Shown here: in pieces, positions 47,346-56,932 of the stretch
Numbering within the stretch: the stretch's first letter is position 1
Layout: each line of letters begins with the position of its first letter
Origin: Candidatus Iainarchaeum sp.
Lineage (GTDB): Archaea > Iainarchaeota > Iainarchaeia > Iainarchaeales > JAXPJC01
Length of the DNA stretch: 64,000 nt
Direction: 5' to 3'
Assembly (NCBI GenBank): GCA_016187745.1
Contig: JACPJC010000009.1
Coordinates: 1,118-65,117 of the forward strand
The notes under the pieces: model-generated
Seen by the model: only the letters and a program-made list of their open reading frames with translations
Database searches by the model: none
Told to the model about the DNA's origin: nothing
Program-made: the position numbers and the translations under genes

Positions 47346-49796
47346 GTGAATGTGGGAAAGGCGACTGCAATTATTGCGCTTATTGTTCTGATCCAGCTGC
47401 AGCTTGTTTTTGCGGCGAACATGCACGGCAGCATGAAGATTTTTGCTGTTACAACCTCCGGGGAAGGGTTGTCTGCTGACCTGATTCTCTATTTGGAAAA
47501 GGGCTCGGGGGAAGTGTGGAGCACTGTTACTCCGCTTGTGGGAACCTCAACGCAAACAGCTGAAAGGGTTGCGGTTCAGGTAGCAAAGGACTACTCAAAG
47601 GAGGCAAACGGCTATGACTATAAGTTTGACATTGATTCTGATGCCGCGGTTGTTGACGGCCCGAGCGCAGGGGCGGCAATGGCGCTGCTCACAATTGCGC
47701 TTCTGCAGGGCAAGCAGATTCCGAAAAATGTGAGCCTCACAGGAACAATAAATGAGGCCGGGGAAGTCGGAGGCGTAGGAGGGGTTTATGAGAAATCAAA
47801 GGAGGCTGCTGCAGTCGGGATAAAATTGTTCATGATTCCCAGAGGCGAGGCCCAGCAGATTGTAAAGCTCCCCGAAGGGGTAAGGAGCATTGACCTCACA
47901 AGCTATGCCCCGGTTGCGTGGGGGATGAAGGTGATTGAGGTTTCTGACATTGATGAATCCCTGAAATACGCATTCACTGACATAAATGCGATTGATGTTA
48001 ATGTTGAGGATTCTGGAAACATCCCCCTGTTTGTGCCTAATGCGATAGGATATGCAAGGCAGCTTGAGCCATTGAGAGTTCTTACTTCCAGATATTTGAA
48101 AGAGGCGAATGAGCTGATAACTTCCGCAAGGGACGCGCTTTCAGGCACACTGCTTGAGGATCCGGCACTTGTTGACTCAATGCTTGGCAGCTTAAACGAT
48201 GCGGAGCGGAACATAAAGCATGCGGAGCTTCTCTTCGACCAGAATTACCTCTATTCCGCTGCAAACAATGCCTTCGTATCAAAAGTAAACGCCTCTCTTG
48301 TGAAGGACATAGCCGAAAACCCCTCCCTCTTTTCAAGCAATTCCCCGCTTCTGGAAACAAAGCTGAATGAGCTGATGCAGGACATAGAGCGCCTGAAGGC
48401 GGATGTAAATTATGCGGTTCCGATTGATTACCTTGAGTGGCACATTGCCGCGGAGGAAAGGCTTTCATGGGCCGAGCTTAACGTAAACAAGCTGCTTACA
48501 ACCCAGACAATTGCAATCGGCGGGGATGAAATCTCGCAATACACAATAATACTGAAGAATATCCAGGATTACGAATTCGCTGTTGCATGGTACAATGCGG
48601 CAAAGGATTTTTATACTTTGGGCAAATCCTCGGAAAAGCTTGTCGCGCTTGACAACAAGTTCAAGAACTATTCCTCGAGCTATATAGTGAATACTGAAAA
48701 TAACCTCAGCATCCTGAGCCAGATACTCTCCCCTGAGCAGCTGGAAGACATTGAAAGAAGGGTGAAAGCCTCAAAGCTTGAAACCGCAGGCAATCTGCAT
48801 CTGGGCTCTGCATTTGACGCGGCTTCCGCGCTTGCGCTTGCAAATGCCGCAATCGCAACAAATGAAAAGGACCTTAATGGGCTTTACACAATACTCGAAT
48901 CCTCCATAAAGCGGATGGAAAGCGCAATGACGAAATCTTCTCACGCCGGTAAGCTTGTATGGGTAAACCTCTACCTTGACCACGCAAAATACTACCTGGA
49001 AGCGGCAAACTTCTATTATTCCCAGGGCGAGGGAAGCGCCGCAAAGGAAAGGCTTGTTTCAGGCATAAGCCTTGCGTATCTGGCAGAGAACATATTTGCG
49101 GTTTCGGAGGACATATACGAATATTATGATGCAATCCCCGCAAGCAAGTACATAAAGCAGAAAAATGCAGCAGAAGGATTTGAATTCAACTTTGAATTTG
49201 CGCTTTCAATTGCGATTATTGCGCTGGTTATATTGTTCATTGCCATCGCATTGCTCCTCGCAATAAGGCTTGCAAAATCTCACAAGGCAGGGGTTCCCGC
49301 AGAGGCAGCAAATATAAAATACCTGCAGCATTCGCTTGACGAGGCATTGATGCACGGGAAAATCTCCGAGGAGAGGTATGCTGAACTCAGCGAGAAATAT
49401 GCGCAGCAGATTGCGGATAATGAGGCGTCCAGAAAGCAGAAGGGGGAGCATCTTATAATAATCGACAGGCTGCGCGCAGAGCTTCTTGCAATGGAGCATA
49501 CCCTGCACAGCCTTAAAATCCACTACAAGGAAGGCCTGCTCTCCGAGGACGCATACCACAGGTACATGGAGAAATACCACAGGCGCATGGATGCCCTGAA
49601 AAATGCGCTTGAGAAGGAGGCAAGGCAGATTTCGGGAAGGCAGCCGCTGCTTGAGGCCGAAGACATTGAGGAAAAGCCGAAGAAAATCATATTCGAGGAA
49701 ACGCTGAAAAAAAGGGAAAAGGAAGAAAAGCCCAAGGCGCAAAAAAAGAGGCAAACCGGCAAAAAAATGAAAAGCAAAAAAGGCAGAAAAAATTAA
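47346..49796 (+). CDS. Membrane-anchored Lon-like (MEROPS S16) protease-domain protein lacking an AAA+ module
   Basis: GTG start; N-terminal signal (IIALIVLIQLQLVFAANM); VVDGPSAGAAMALLTIALLQGK...LTGTINEAGEVGGVGGVYEKSKEAAAVGIKLFMIP matches the Lon protease catalytic domain (Ser in DGPSAG, Lys in GGVYEK with LonB-type spacing); long helical region; TM helix (IIALVILFIAIALLLAI); highly basic C-terminal tail. Confidence 0.65.
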   Translation: MNVGKATAIIALIVLIQLQLVFAANMHGSMKIFAVTTSGEGLSADLILYLEKGSGEVWSTVTPLVGTSTQTAERVAVQVAKDYSKEANGYDYKFDIDSDAAVVDGPSAGAAMALLTIALLQGKQIPKNVSLTGTINEAGEVGGVGGVYEKSKEAAAVGIKLFMIPRGEAQQIVKLPEGVRSIDLTSYAPVAWGMKVIEVSDIDESLKYAFTDINAIDVNVEDSGNIPLFVPNAIGYARQLEPLRVLTSRYLKEANELITSARDALSGTLLEDPALVDSMLGSLNDAERNIKHAELLFDQNYLYSAANNAFVSKVNASLVKDIAENPSLFSSNSPLLETKLNELMQDIERLKADVNYAVPIDYLEWHIAAEERLSWAELNVNKLLTTQTIAIGGDEISQYTIILKNIQDYEFAVAWYNAAKDFYTLGKSSEKLVALDNKFKNYSSSYIVNTENNLSILSQILSPEQLEDIERRVKASKLETAGNLHLGSAFDAASALALANAAIATNEKDLNGLYTILESSIKRMESAMTKSSHAGKLVWVNLYLDHAKYYLEAANFYYSQGEGSAAKERLVSGISLAYLAENIFAVSEDIYEYYDAIPASKYIKQKNAAEGFEFNFEFALSIAIIALVILFIAIALLLAIRLAKSHKAGVPAEAANIKYLQHSLDEALMHGKISEERYAELSEKYAQQIADNEASRKQKGEHLIIIDRLRAELLAMEHTLHSLKIHYKEGLLSEDAYHRYMEKYHRRMDALKNALEKEARQISGRQPLLEAEDIEEKPKKIIFEETLKKREKEEKPKAQKKRQTGKKMKSKKGRKN

Positions 49797-49848
49797 AATT
49801 CCCCTTTTTTTGGGAGCTTATTTAGGTCATTAAAAAAAGGTTTGACTC

Positions 49849-50373
49849 ATGAGCAAACTCGGCATAACAATAAGAAAGAGCATTTACCCAACACACATTT
49901 ACTACGCCATAGAGTCCGGAGAAGGGGGCAAGGGCAAATTGTTTTTAAGCGGCAAAGAAATTTCAGAAGCGCTAAAAAACTCCGGATTTTATGTAAAAAA
50001 CGAGGCGATAGGCCATGTAGAATTTCAATTGGACAATCCACATAACCCCAAAAATATAACACAAACAAGTTTTTACCCTATTGGACGGCTACGAGACCAA
50101 CATTTTAATTTTTTTGTGCGGAAGGGAATTGCTTCTTCAATTGAATATGCCATTTATAATGATTTAATAAAAAAATATCCAACAATCAAAAATATCATAC
50201 ATAATGCCCCCTTTGACTCGTATAGAAAAGTGCTTAGGAAAAGAGGATTGCCTTACAAAGCCATGGTTTTAACACATGGTTTTCAAAGAACAATAAATGC
50301 GCTGAGGCGTTATCGCACAAGCATGCATTTAAAAGGCAGGAAACTGCATAAGAAAATCCTGATAAAAAAATAA
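49849..50373 (+). CDS. Hypothetical basic protein in an AT-rich islet
   Basis: 174-aa ORF in conspicuously AT-rich DNA; no recognised motifs. Confidence 0.3.
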   Translation: MSKLGITIRKSIYPTHIYYAIESGEGGKGKLFLSGKEISEALKNSGFYVKNEAIGHVEFQLDNPHNPKNITQTSFYPIGRLRDQHFNFFVRKGIASSIEYAIYNDLIKKYPTIKNIIHNAPFDSYRKVLRKRGLPYKAMVLTHGFQRTINALRRYRTSMHLKGRKLHKKILIKK

Positions 50374-50412
50374 GGCAATAGCTCAAGCGCCATGCATTCA
50401 TTTATGCGGCAA

Positions 50413-53193
50413 TTATCCTGCGCTATTTTCCAGCTTTTCCTTGAGCTTCAGGCCTATTACGCTTGATTTCTGCTCGTTGAGCGCAACCCCGATTATCTGG
50501 TCCGCATTCCTTATGAGGGAGTCATTGTGGGTTATTGCAATGAACTGGCTTTCCCTGCTTATGTCCATTATCATCCTCATCAGCTTTTCTGAATTCTCCT
50601 TGTCAAGCGCCGCGTCCGCCTCATCAAAGAAATAGAACGGAGCGCTCTCATATAGCTGTATTGCGAAAAGGAATGCAAGCGCGGTAAGCGATTTCTCCCC
50701 GCCGGACATTATGTCAATATTGCTGAACTTTACAGCCTTGTGCCTTGCCTCTATCAGCAGTCCGGAATTCAATGGGTCTGAAGGGTTTGTCAATCCGAGC
50801 TTTCCCTCGCCCTCAAGGAAATTGAAGAATATTTTAGAGAAATGGCCGCTTACTTTCTCATAGCAGCCCATGAACGCCTCATTGCGCTTCACATCAATCT
50901 TGTCTATCATGTCAAGGACTGCAGTTCTCTCCTGCTCAAGGACATTTGATTTTTCCCTTACCTCATCCACTTCCTTCTTGTAGGAATCATACTGCGCCAA
51001 TGCCTTCATGTTTATTGCGCCCAATTGCATTATTCCATTTTCTATCGTTGGGAGGGAGGAGCGCAGCTTCTCAATATTGGCGTTTTTGATTATTTCAATT
51101 CCTGGGTAATCCCTGAGCTCGTTCTCAAGGTCTGCCGCATGCACCTCGTATTTTGAATGCTCCAGATTTATTTCATTTATGCGCCTGTCAAATTCCGCAA
51201 GGCGCGATTCATAGGAAAGCTTTTTTGAGAGCAGGGCATTCAGCGCCTTCTCAACCCTTATTTTGTCTTCCTCATATTCCTTCCCCTGAAGCTCTATTTT
51301 CCTGATTTCAGCCTGCATGCCGCTGAGTTTGGCATTGTGCTGCCTTATGTTCTGCTGCTCATCCTCAATTCCCTTTTTCGAAATTTCAAGCTCATTTTCA
51401 ATGATTGCCTTATCGGATTTGAGCTCGGCTTCCCTTTTTTCCATTTCAGAGGATTCTGCCTTTGCCTTTGTAACGGATTGCAGCGCGGAATGCAATTGCT
51501 TATTTAGCCCAATAATCTTCTCATGCCCTTCCGCTGAGGAAATCTGCGCATTCCCCTTCCTCAGGGAAGAAACCTCTCCCTCAAGCAGCTTCTGCTTTTC
51601 GCCGAGCTTTGCAAATTCCTTCGCGGCCTTCTGCTCCCCTGCAATCATTTCCCTTATCAAATAAGCCTTTGCATTTTTTGCCTTTGACAGCGCGCTTATC
51701 TGCCCATCCGCGCTTATTTGCGAAACAGCCCTGAGCAGCTCATCAAGCTCGGAGTGCAGCGCCTCTGTCATTTCACATATCCCCCTTATTTCATCCGCCG
51801 CAAGCCTTGCCTCCTGCACCTTGCTTTTCCCAATCTTGTCCCAGAGCTTCCTGAGATTTGCGCTTATTTTCCTGAGCTTTTCTGAAAAATCCCTTATTAG
51901 CGTTAATTTCCCTGAAATTTTTTTAAGTTCAGCGCTGCTTCCAAGCCTTTCAATCTCCTTCTGCAGTATCTCTATCTCGCCATTCAGCAGCACGTGCCCT
52001 GATTTTTTTGCAAGCAATTCCTTGTGCATCTCGAGCAGCTGCTTCTGTGTGCTGCCCAAATCAGCTTCGGCCTTTGCAAGCCTTTTTGGGATTTCGCTGT
52101 TCCTTCCGGCATTGCGCTCCTTTTCCTTTTCGGCTTCGGAAATGCGCTTTTTCAGCGCATCTGCCCCAATCTCATTTTCCTTTAGGATTCCTTCCCTTTC
52201 CGAAAGCCCCCTGCCTATTTCAGCCAGCCTCTCCCCAATTGAATTTTTCTTTTCAATGAGCCTTGCGTTTGCATCCTGAAGGGAAGCAATCCTTCCCTCG
52301 CACACCCTTATTTCCGATTGGATTTCAGAAGCGTCCTTTCCCAGGCCCTCGTAGGTTTTCTGCCTTATCGCCGAAAGCTGCAGCTCCGCTTCCTGCTGCC
52401 TTGCGCGCAATTTGGTTTCTTCATCATCATATGTTAAGCGCTCCTTCTGGAGGGCATCCTTCCCCTTTGCAATTTCAGCAATTTTCCCTGCGCCGCGCTG
52501 CAGACTGCCTTTCGCTTCCTCAAGCGCATATGAAATTATTGTCGCCTTTGTTTCCTTCAGCATTCTCTGGAGCGAATTGTATTTCTCCGCAAGCTCCCTT
52601 TCTTTAAGCAATTCCTGCAGATAGGCTTCCCTTTCATTCAATACAATCCGCACTTCGCGGATTTTCTGCTCGACCTTTTCCAGCTCCTTGAGCGCCTCCT
52701 CCTTCTTGAGCGCGAATTCGCTCAATCCTGCCACATCATCAATTATCGTGCGCCTTTCCTCCGCGCTCATTTCAATTATTCGGGTCACATCGCCCTGCAC
52801 TACAATGTTATAGCCGTTAGGGCTTATTCCAAGCTGCTGGAGCAATGAGGCAATTTCGTTCAGCGCGCTCTGCTTCCCCTGAAGCCTGTAAACCGAGCGC
52901 CCCTGCTTGTCTATTGTGCGCGCAATCTCATAGGTTTTCTCGGAATTTTTTAGCGTAATCTCAACTTTTGCTGTGTTGTCCTCTGCCGCATGGTTTACGA
53001 GGTCGCTCAGTTTCTTCGCGCGCATGAGCTTCATGCTTGTTATGCCCAAGCCAAAAAGCACAGCATCAAGGATATTGGATTTTCCCGTTCCGTTCGCGCC
53101 CGCAATTACGGTAAATCCATCAGTGAGGGGGAATTCGGCCTTGCGGAAGGACTTGAAATTGCGCAGAACTAGTTTCGAGATTCTTGTGCTCAT
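50413..53193 (-). CDS. SMC/Rad50-family chromosome-associated ATPase (short, 926 aa)
   Basis: N-terminal LVLRNFKSFRKAEFPLTDGFTVIAGANGTGKSNILDAVLFGLG (Walker A), long coiled coil, C-terminal LSGGEKSLTALAFLFAIQ (signature) and FYFFDEADAALD (Walker B). Confidence 0.7.
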   Translation of the reverse strand: MSTRISKLVLRNFKSFRKAEFPLTDGFTVIAGANGTGKSNILDAVLFGLGITSMKLMRAKKLSDLVNHAAEDNTAKVEITLKNSEKTYEIARTIDKQGRSVYRLQGKQSALNEIASLLQQLGISPNGYNIVVQGDVTRIIEMSAEERRTIIDDVAGLSEFALKKEEALKELEKVEQKIREVRIVLNEREAYLQELLKERELAEKYNSLQRMLKETKATIISYALEEAKGSLQRGAGKIAEIAKGKDALQKERLTYDDEETKLRARQQEAELQLSAIRQKTYEGLGKDASEIQSEIRVCEGRIASLQDANARLIEKKNSIGERLAEIGRGLSEREGILKENEIGADALKKRISEAEKEKERNAGRNSEIPKRLAKAEADLGSTQKQLLEMHKELLAKKSGHVLLNGEIEILQKEIERLGSSAELKKISGKLTLIRDFSEKLRKISANLRKLWDKIGKSKVQEARLAADEIRGICEMTEALHSELDELLRAVSQISADGQISALSKAKNAKAYLIREMIAGEQKAAKEFAKLGEKQKLLEGEVSSLRKGNAQISSAEGHEKIIGLNKQLHSALQSVTKAKAESSEMEKREAELKSDKAIIENELEISKKGIEDEQQNIRQHNAKLSGMQAEIRKIELQGKEYEEDKIRVEKALNALLSKKLSYESRLAEFDRRINEINLEHSKYEVHAADLENELRDYPGIEIIKNANIEKLRSSLPTIENGIMQLGAINMKALAQYDSYKKEVDEVREKSNVLEQERTAVLDMIDKIDVKRNEAFMGCYEKVSGHFSKIFFNFLEGEGKLGLTNPSDPLNSGLLIEARHKAVKFSNIDIMSGGEKSLTALAFLFAIQLYESAPFYFFDEADAALDKENSEKLMRMIMDISRESQFIAITHNDSLIRNADQIIGVALNEQKSSVIGLKLKEKLENSAG

Positions 53194-53292
53194 TTTATTC
53201 CCTGACCATCAAGCAATAAATAAAGAATAGGAATTCAAGTTTAAAAATTGTTGCATTTTGGCTTGTTAACCTGTTGCTGATAAAGCGGAAAA

Positions 53293-53850
53293 TTAAGGAA
53301 TTATTTCATATTCTGCAATAGCTATGCCCTGAATTCCCCCATAACCATACCAACCAGTCGCTCTAAATTTAAAATCTTTTTCTAAGCCAGGAAGAATTGT
53401 TTCTGTTTCTCGGGTTATTGTTCCACTTTTAGTTGAATATACAAAATAACCTTCTTCTTTTGTAAAGGAAAATGTGGCACTCACAACACTTTCATTCCCA
53501 GAACTTATTGGGGCTTCCGGGTCAAAAACTTGTCTAATCTTAGCTGGTCTTGCACTATGTTGAAACTGAATAGTAATTTCTTTGCCCTCCTCTATTCCTG
53601 CAGAAACCCAATCAAAATCACTGCTTATGGAATTAATCTTATCAATCCTCACAACTGCGGTATCTCTTGGGCGAGTGATATCTCCGCCCTCTTCTCCGCC
53701 CCCAATTAAAGACAAAGAAACAACAGTGCCTTCAAATTCCATATGTGGCAACATGGCTGTGTTTTTCTGGGGAGGAAGTAAAGTAAGAATTATCCCAATT
53801 GCAACTGCTAAGATAGTTATCCCGGCAATCCAGTAGTATTTTCGTTGCAT
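53293..53850 (-). CDS. Hypothetical N-terminally anchored/secreted protein
   Basis: N-terminal TM helix (YYWIAGITILAVAIGIILTLL) then soluble domain; no motifs. Confidence 0.3.
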   Translation of the reverse strand: MQRKYYWIAGITILAVAIGIILTLLPPQKNTAMLPHMEFEGTVVSLSLIGGGEEGGDITRPRDTAVVRIDKINSISSDFDWVSAGIEEGKEITIQFQHSARPAKIRQVFDPEAPISSGNESVVSATFSFTKEEGYFVYSTKSGTITRETETILPGLEKDFKFRATGWYGYGGIQGIAIAEYEIIP

Positions 53851-53870
53851 ATTATCATCTAACTTTTGGT

Positions 53871-54662
53871 TTATATCTTCTGCACATAGTAAAGCGCAAT
53901 CGCGAGGTTGGTGTATGCGGTAGCAATCAATGTGAAAATTGCAAGAACAGCAATCGCGCTCATATCGTCAATGAAAAGGTCCGCAATATTGCCGCCGATG
54001 AAATTCAGCGCAGGGCTCACAATGAGGAAAACAACCGCAAGCATGATGAGCAGCCCGAAGAAATGCTTTTCCGAGAATTTCCAGGATTTCTGAAGCGCCT
54101 CTTTCAGGTTAACTTCCTCAATTGCCATTATTGGAACAGCCATTGCCAGCTTTATCCCAAGGTAAATGACCAGAAGCGCAAAAACAATCCAGAGCGCTAT
54201 TGCAATTATGTCCGTGTAGAAGCCGAGCGCAAGAAGCGCATAGGCAATAACAAGGAAAAACACGCTTACAATCCCGAAGAAAACAAATGCCGCAATAACG
54301 TGCTTTATGTTTTTTGTGGCGTAAGCCATTGCGCCGAATATTCCCTGCTTTTTCTTCTTCCCGGAAACAAACCTCGCATAGCCAAAAGCAAGCCATATCT
54401 GCAGGAGCAGGGAAAGCGCAAGCAGGCCAATGAGCGCATTTATTTCGGCGGAATACATCACATACAATGCAAATGGGAATTCCCAGATTCCGGTTTCAGG
54501 GAGAATTTCATAAACAAGCCCCTGGTAGAGAAGCCCGAACACCAATTCCCCGAGCGCAAGGGAAGCGACAATGCTTACTGCCATTACTATCAGTGCGGGC
54601 AGCAAAACCTGCGGCCTGCGCAAAATTGTTGTAAAGCCTGAAATGACTGCTTTTAGCGGCAT
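53871..54662 (-). CDS. Hypothetical polytopic membrane protein
   Basis: 263 aa, ~6 predicted TM helices. Confidence 0.3.
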   Translation of the reverse strand: MPLKAVISGFTTILRRPQVLLPALIVMAVSIVASLALGELVFGLLYQGLVYEILPETGIWEFPFALYVMYSAEINALIGLLALSLLLQIWLAFGYARFVSGKKKKQGIFGAMAYATKNIKHVIAAFVFFGIVSVFFLVIAYALLALGFYTDIIAIALWIVFALLVIYLGIKLAMAVPIMAIEEVNLKEALQKSWKFSEKHFFGLLIMLAVVFLIVSPALNFIGGNIADLFIDDMSAIAVLAIFTLIATAYTNLAIALYYVQKI

Positions 54663-54794
54663 TTTTGTGCTTCCTTGCTCTTTTGGATGTTATATGTAGG
54701 AGTAATTGGTATAAATAGTTTTCTTTTTAAATGCTTTTCTATCCAAATTTATAGCATAAATGGGCATTCTATTGGCTGTTTTTGGGTAATTAAA

Positions 54795-55082
54795 ATGAAG
54801 ATTCCGAAATTGATGAAGCTTTACTGCAGGAAGTGCAACAAGCACACTGAGCACAAGCTCAAGCAGTTCAAGCCCGGCAAGGCAAGGAGCATGAGCAAGG
54901 GCACAAGGAAAATGGAGCACAAGCACAAGCACGGGTATGGCGGAAAAACCAAGTTCCCGGCAATGGTAAAGAAGCAGACAAAGAAGCCCACATTCCTTGC
55001 GGAATGCGCGGTGTGCAAGAAAAAGGTCTATTTTGTAATACCTAAGCGCATGAAGAGAATAGAATTTGAGGCGGCAGCATAA
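54795..55082 (+). CDS. rpl44e: 50S ribosomal protein L44e
   Basis: MKIPKLMKLYCRKCNKHTEHKLKQFKPGK...GYGGKTK...CAVCKKK: the L44e zinc-ribbon pattern. The ORF track's longer upstream start is an over-extension. Confidence 0.8.
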   Translation: MKIPKLMKLYCRKCNKHTEHKLKQFKPGKARSMSKGTRKMEHKHKHGYGGKTKFPAMVKKQTKKPTFLAECAVCKKKVYFVIPKRMKRIEFEAAA

Positions 55083-55095
55083 GGAAAAGGCACTT

Positions 55096-55356
55096 TCATG
55101 CAAAGGAAATTATCTGGAGCCCATATTTCTCAATGTCTTTTTTGGGCCAGAACCTGATGTCCTTTGTTTTCAGGGAATAGGCAACTTTCTTTTCAATTTT
55201 CCTGCCGGTGTACTGTTTTGTTTTGGGATCCCACTCTTTCAGTAACAGGATGTCATTTGGTTTGCATTCAAAATCCGCAAGCCGCAGCTCAAATGTCTTT
55301 TTGCCAGCAAGGATTGCACCGAAGAACTCCGGCCAGACTTTCTTTTCTATTTTCAT
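55096..55356 (-). CDS. DUF3850/ASCH-like small protein
   Basis: MKIEKKVWPEFFGAILAGKKTFELRLADFECKPNDILLLKEW matches the DUF3850 consensus (KxHELKIWPEYF...GKKTFEIR...GDxLxLxE). Confidence 0.5.
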   Translation of the reverse strand: MKIEKKVWPEFFGAILAGKKTFELRLADFECKPNDILLLKEWDPKTKQYTGRKIEKKVAYSLKTKDIRFWPKKDIEKYGLQIISFA

Positions 55357-55368
55357 ATTGCAATGGCG

Positions 55369-55590
55369 CTATCTTCTTTTTTTGGATTTTGGCGCATGCC
55401 CCTTGTTCTCTTCTGAAAGCCTTCCAATCAGCGCAACCATTATCATAAGCAGCCCGATTACCATTAGCGCCATGAAGGCTATGTACGCGACATTCTGCCA
55501 GATGTATGCGATAGTGAGCAGGAAATTCACAAAGAGGAGAACCGCAGCAAAGCAGAGTATTATTCCCCCAATTAATTCAATGCGCGCCAT
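55369..55590 (-). CDS. Hypothetical small two-TM membrane protein
   Basis: 73 aa, two hydrophobic helices, basic C-terminus. Confidence 0.3.
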   Translation of the reverse strand: MARIELIGGIILCFAAVLLFVNFLLTIAYIWQNVAYIAFMALMVIGLLMIMVALIGRLSEENKGHAPKSKKRR

Positions 55591-55719
55591 TCCAATCAGT
55601 TAAATAAATGCGCAGGGTATATTTAAAGGTTATTATTTGCATGATTATGTATAAGCAAAAGGCACCGAAAATGCTGAAGAGCGCATGCATATGCGCACAT
55701 TTAAAATATTAAACACCCT

Positions 55720-56772
55720 GTGTATATTATGGCAAGGCTCAATCTCATTGGGAATTCGTTGTCCGCCCTGCTGCAAATAACCATACAAAAGCCGTTCTAT
55801 TCAACCCTTTTCATAACGAAGAGATGCAATTCCAGATGCGTCTTTTGCAATGCCTCGGATAATAAATTGCGCGATCCCTCATTGGATGAAATCAAGCGCA
55901 TAATAGATGAGTGCAGGGATTTCGGTATATGTGCAATGACAATTACAGGCGGAGAGCCAATGCTGAGGCCTGACATATTTGAAATCCTTAAATACATAGA
56001 ATCAAAGGGGATTGTTTATTCCATGGTGACTAATGGAACCCTCTGGGACGAGGATAAAATAAATGAAATCAGGAAAAGGAAAATTTATACCCTCTCCTTC
56101 AGCCTTGACACCCTGGACAGCAGGAAATACCGCAGGATCAGGGGCATTGACGGGCTGCCACTGCTCAAAAGAAACCTGGAACTGGCTGCAGAAAAAAATA
56201 TGCGGCATGGCTTTGTAAGCACTTTAACAACAGTCAATGAGCTCAACATCAATGAGGTTTTTGACATTGTTGAATTTGACCGCAGGAATAAATTCCGCTT
56301 CACCTGCGCACCGGTTTCCCATGGCCAGAATTTCAGATTCAGGGCAAATTCCGGGGCGCATTCGCTGAACAGCAGGTCAGCCGGGAATGTAAGCGGACTG
56401 TTCAATAAGCTGGCGGAGCAGTGCAAAAGAGACAAAACAATAATCGGCCCCTCTGTTTATTACAGGAACATCAGCAGGTTTTTTGAAGGGAATTATTCTG
56501 TTCCCTGCGACGCAGGAAAATATTACATCAGCATAGGCACTGACGCAGGGGTTTCAGCCTGCCAGGATTTTCCTGAATTCGGGAATGTTTTGAAGGACGG
56601 GCTTAAGAAAGCGCTTGGGAACAGGACGCAGGAGCAGAGGATAAATGCCTGCGCGAAAAACAACCCCTGCTTTTATGGCTGCACAACCTTTTTCTCCATG
56701 CTCTTAAGGCAGCCACTGCTGGAAAAGTTTGCAAGCATAGCGGAAGAGTCCTGGAAGGGCCTTCTCCTCTGA
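55720..56772 (+). CDS. Radical SAM/SPASM domain protein
   Basis: Canonical CNSRCVFC (CxxxCxxC), ITGGEPML, VTNG, SFSLD motifs, C-terminal CDAGKYYISIGTDAGVSAC...CAKNNPCFYGC SPASM/twitch motif. Confidence 0.7.
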   Translation: MYIMARLNLIGNSLSALLQITIQKPFYSTLFITKRCNSRCVFCNASDNKLRDPSLDEIKRIIDECRDFGICAMTITGGEPMLRPDIFEILKYIESKGIVYSMVTNGTLWDEDKINEIRKRKIYTLSFSLDTLDSRKYRRIRGIDGLPLLKRNLELAAEKNMRHGFVSTLTTVNELNINEVFDIVEFDRRNKFRFTCAPVSHGQNFRFRANSGAHSLNSRSAGNVSGLFNKLAEQCKRDKTIIGPSVYYRNISRFFEGNYSVPCDAGKYYISIGTDAGVSACQDFPEFGNVLKDGLKKALGNRTQEQRINACAKNNPCFYGCTTFFSMLLRQPLLEKFASIAEESWKGLLL

Positions 56773-56932
56773 ATTGGATGTGCAGTGCGCAACATTTTTA
56801 AACAACTTCTTCTTTTGTTAATAGGGGGTTGGGCGCTTTGGATAATTAACTCAGCGCCCGGCAGGATAACAAAGTTAATTTGGTTTTTAATTTAATTAAT
56901 TAACTAGCTAAAATGTTAATTAGCGGTGCAAC

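Noticed and set aside
47279-47479. 66-aa Cys-rich ORF (11 Cys) just upstream of or overlapping the Lon-domain gene, considered as a possible RiPP precursor
   Set aside because: It is an out-of-frame read of the hydrophobic signal-peptide region (TGC/TGT-rich) of the 47346..49796 gene and has no SD or promoter of its own. It is kept only as a remote possibility to test if the SPASM system is pursued.
54675-54794. N-terminal 40-aa extension of the L44e ORF as given in the ORF track
   Set aside because: The extension is hydrophobic nonsense with no conservation. The canonical L44e N-terminus MKIPK starts at 54795, right after an AT-rich promoter-like region.
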